NCBI GenBank assembly: GCA_013239625.1
Contig: MU057352.1
Location: forward strand, 5,276,157-5,340,156
From: Lama guanicoe
Lineage: Eukaryota
DNA: 64,000 nucleotides
Direction: 5' to 3'
Position numbers and translations under genes: made by a program. The notes beneath the pieces were generated by a model. That model made no database searches, was not told the origin of the DNA, and saw only the letters and a list, made by a program, of their open reading frames with translations. Positions 61,751 to 64,000 of the stretch are shown one piece after another. Each line of letters starts with the position of its first letter. The stretch's first letter is position 1.

Positions 61751-62754
61751 GCAGCTCATCCCAAGTGCACGACAAACGGTTGCTTTCATTATCCTATCAG
61801 GAGCACCCCTGCCGACTCTAAAGAGGCCCACGGGGATATACCTGAAAAATCTGGGAGATGCTTGTGTTCTTAGTATCCCATTCAGAAACCAGTGAGCCTC
61901 CGTAAGGACCCAGCTCAAGTGCCACCTCCTCTGTGAAGCTCTTTTTTTATGTTCCTCATTATTAAGTGATAGCTTTATGCTACGATCTGTGCTGAGCGCT
62001 TCACATATTGATTGTCCCATGCAGGGGCAGATCCAGTTTTTGTGGGGTCTCACACTTAGACAGTCTAGGAGGAATTCTTTAAAAAAAATTATAAAACTAT
62101 CTGATTTTATAACATTTGTAAAACAAAAATGACTGAACGAGCACATAGGTAGGGCCTTGAAGGAGTCTGAGCAGGTGAGGGGCCTTAATGCTTAAGCTTC
62201 ATCAGCTTCATGGTAAACCCATCTTTGGTTTCACGTAATCCCCACAGTAGCCAATGCGGCTGGTAAACACTGTCCCCGTAAGGGTCTCCACATTCAGATG
62301 TGCAGAGTTAGACCCGAGACAAAAAGTCATTGGCCCAAGATGGTACCCGTGGCTGGCGTTCCTGCTCTCCCTGATGGGCAGCCAACGCCTTCGGGCGCAT
62401 CCCTCCGCTGCAGGGCTTCCCCTGTGAAAGCACGGCACTGTAATCACCAGCTGCCCATCTGGCTCTACCATAACGTCAGCTTCTCTCAGGCTCAGAGGCA
62501 GATTTCATTCATCTTTCCATCTGGGGTGGCCACAGAAGGCACTCAATACACGCACACTGAGTCAACGTAGACCTCCTCCTTCTGTTCTGTGCCCTTGGTC
62601 TCCACCAATGAATCGATTTCCTGCTCCTGCTCAGGGGTTCCCAGCCCTAGCTTAATGCTTTAGAGGAAGTTTCTAGGGAGCAGAGGGGGAAAAGAAAGAA
62701 CTCTTCCTATAAGACCTAAACAGACCTGCAGAAGAAAGTAGTCGGTCCAGACAT

Positions 62755-64000
62755 TCAACAACCATTCATCAGTTACTTCTGTAGTAGGAACCAGCAGCGA
62801 ACAAAACACACAGCCATCCCTGCCTCCAAGGAGCCTGCATGCCACTGAGGGGAAGTAGATCGCAACAAAATAAATAATAATGCCCCAGTCTGTCAGATTA
62901 TGATAACTGCTGTGGAGAAAAGTCAAGCAGGAAAGGAGATCGGGTCTACTGGGGGGAGTAGGGTGTGTGGGAGGGCTTCATGGAAAAGGTGACATTTGAT
63001 TTCTTGAATATGTGTAAGCATATTTGACTGTTCCTTATGATTGGATTACTGCATTCTGTTGATTCTTATTTTGTAGTTGGCTTTATTCCTTTGATAACTA
63101 TGTAAGTTTAAAAAGCTAAAGATCTAATCTGTTCTTAGAAACAATAGTTAGTACATATATGTAAACTAAAAAAATGTGCAGTATACCGTATATATATATT
63201 TAAATGCAATATAAGGTATATGTGCAGTCAAACTGTAAGTATAATTCTACCTAATAAAACTGAAAAAGGAGGGGAAAAAAGGTGACATTTGAGAAAGCCC
63301 TGAAGGAGGTGAGGAAGTGAGCCGTGTAAAAATCTGTGTAAGGGTCTTTCGGGCAGAAGAAACTGCAAGTGCAAAGGCCCTGAGGTAGGAGCACGCCTGA
63401 TGAGTAGGAAGGACTGCAACTCTTGTTTATTGTGAGTTAAGAGAGAAGAAAAGAGAGAAGGTCCGTGAAGCAACAAGGACCAGAAAAGACAGGCTCTGCG
63501 GGCCACTGTGGAGAACTGGACTTTCCTCAGAGAGAGAAGGGAGTCAAGCCTTTGGAGGGCAGTGAGCAGGGTGACCTGATCTGACTTCCATTTTAGAAGG
63601 ATCCCTCCATCTGCCAAGTTGAGAATAAACTGTGGAAGGCAAGACTGGAATCAGGAAGACCAGTGAGGGACTATTTCAAGAATGCTGTGGGAGGTGGCTG
63701 CAACGTGGACTAGGTTGTTGGCTGTGGAGGGGTGAGAAATAGCCCATTTCCAGGTGATTTTGAAGACAAAGACGATGGCTGTGAGGATGTGAGGGAAAGA
63801 CTAGAGCAGGGATGACTCCAAGCCTCTCTGGTCTAAGAAACTAGAAAGTTCAGAAAGCCTAGAGGCAGAGAAGCTTTAGAGGATAAGTTCAGGATGTGGG
63901 GTTTGGACATGTTAAGCTTGAGATATTTCTTGAAGGTGAGTGTGCATTTGGATACAGGAGGCTGGAGTCAAGGGAGAGGGCCAGGCTGGAGAAGCAATGT
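62755..64000 (-). mobile_element. L2 interrupted by a TSD-flanked insert at 63000-63276
   Basis: gcaagtgcaaaggccctgaggtagga; gagggatgactccaag; ttggacatgttaagcttgag. Confidence 0.85.

Noticed and set aside
1-64000. CRISPR arrays, operons or other prokaryotic-type systems
   Set aside because: The sequence is mammalian and repeat-rich; there is no regularly spaced repeat-spacer array or gene-dense structure.

Overview
Mammalian genomic DNA, most likely camelid. The inference rests on a tRNA-Ala-derived Vic-1-type SINE and cetartiodactyl-type L1 3' ends. The first ~400 bp look like the last exons of an unidentified plus-strand gene, followed by an AT-rich 3' UTR. The remaining ~62 kb is intergenic or non-coding. 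It is dominated by ancient interspersed repeats (MIR, L2, L3/CR1, MLT1/MST and MER21 LTRs, MER5/20/63/94/96, MADE2, Tigger1 derivative) and younger L1 3' fragments, several with clear target-site duplications (TSDs). None of the listed ORFs is a credible cellular gene; the recognisable ones are L1 ORF2 relics. I find no novel gene system. The best leads are a repeat-free island at ~34.0-34.9 kb packed with TALE (MEIS/PBX) motifs, two TSD-flanked non-L1/SINE retroposed inserts (63.0 kb and 27.2 kb), two L1s stacked at one target site, and a few candidate enhancer or non-B-DNA elements. Repeat subfamily names are recalled from consensus features, not from a search, and boundaries are approximate.
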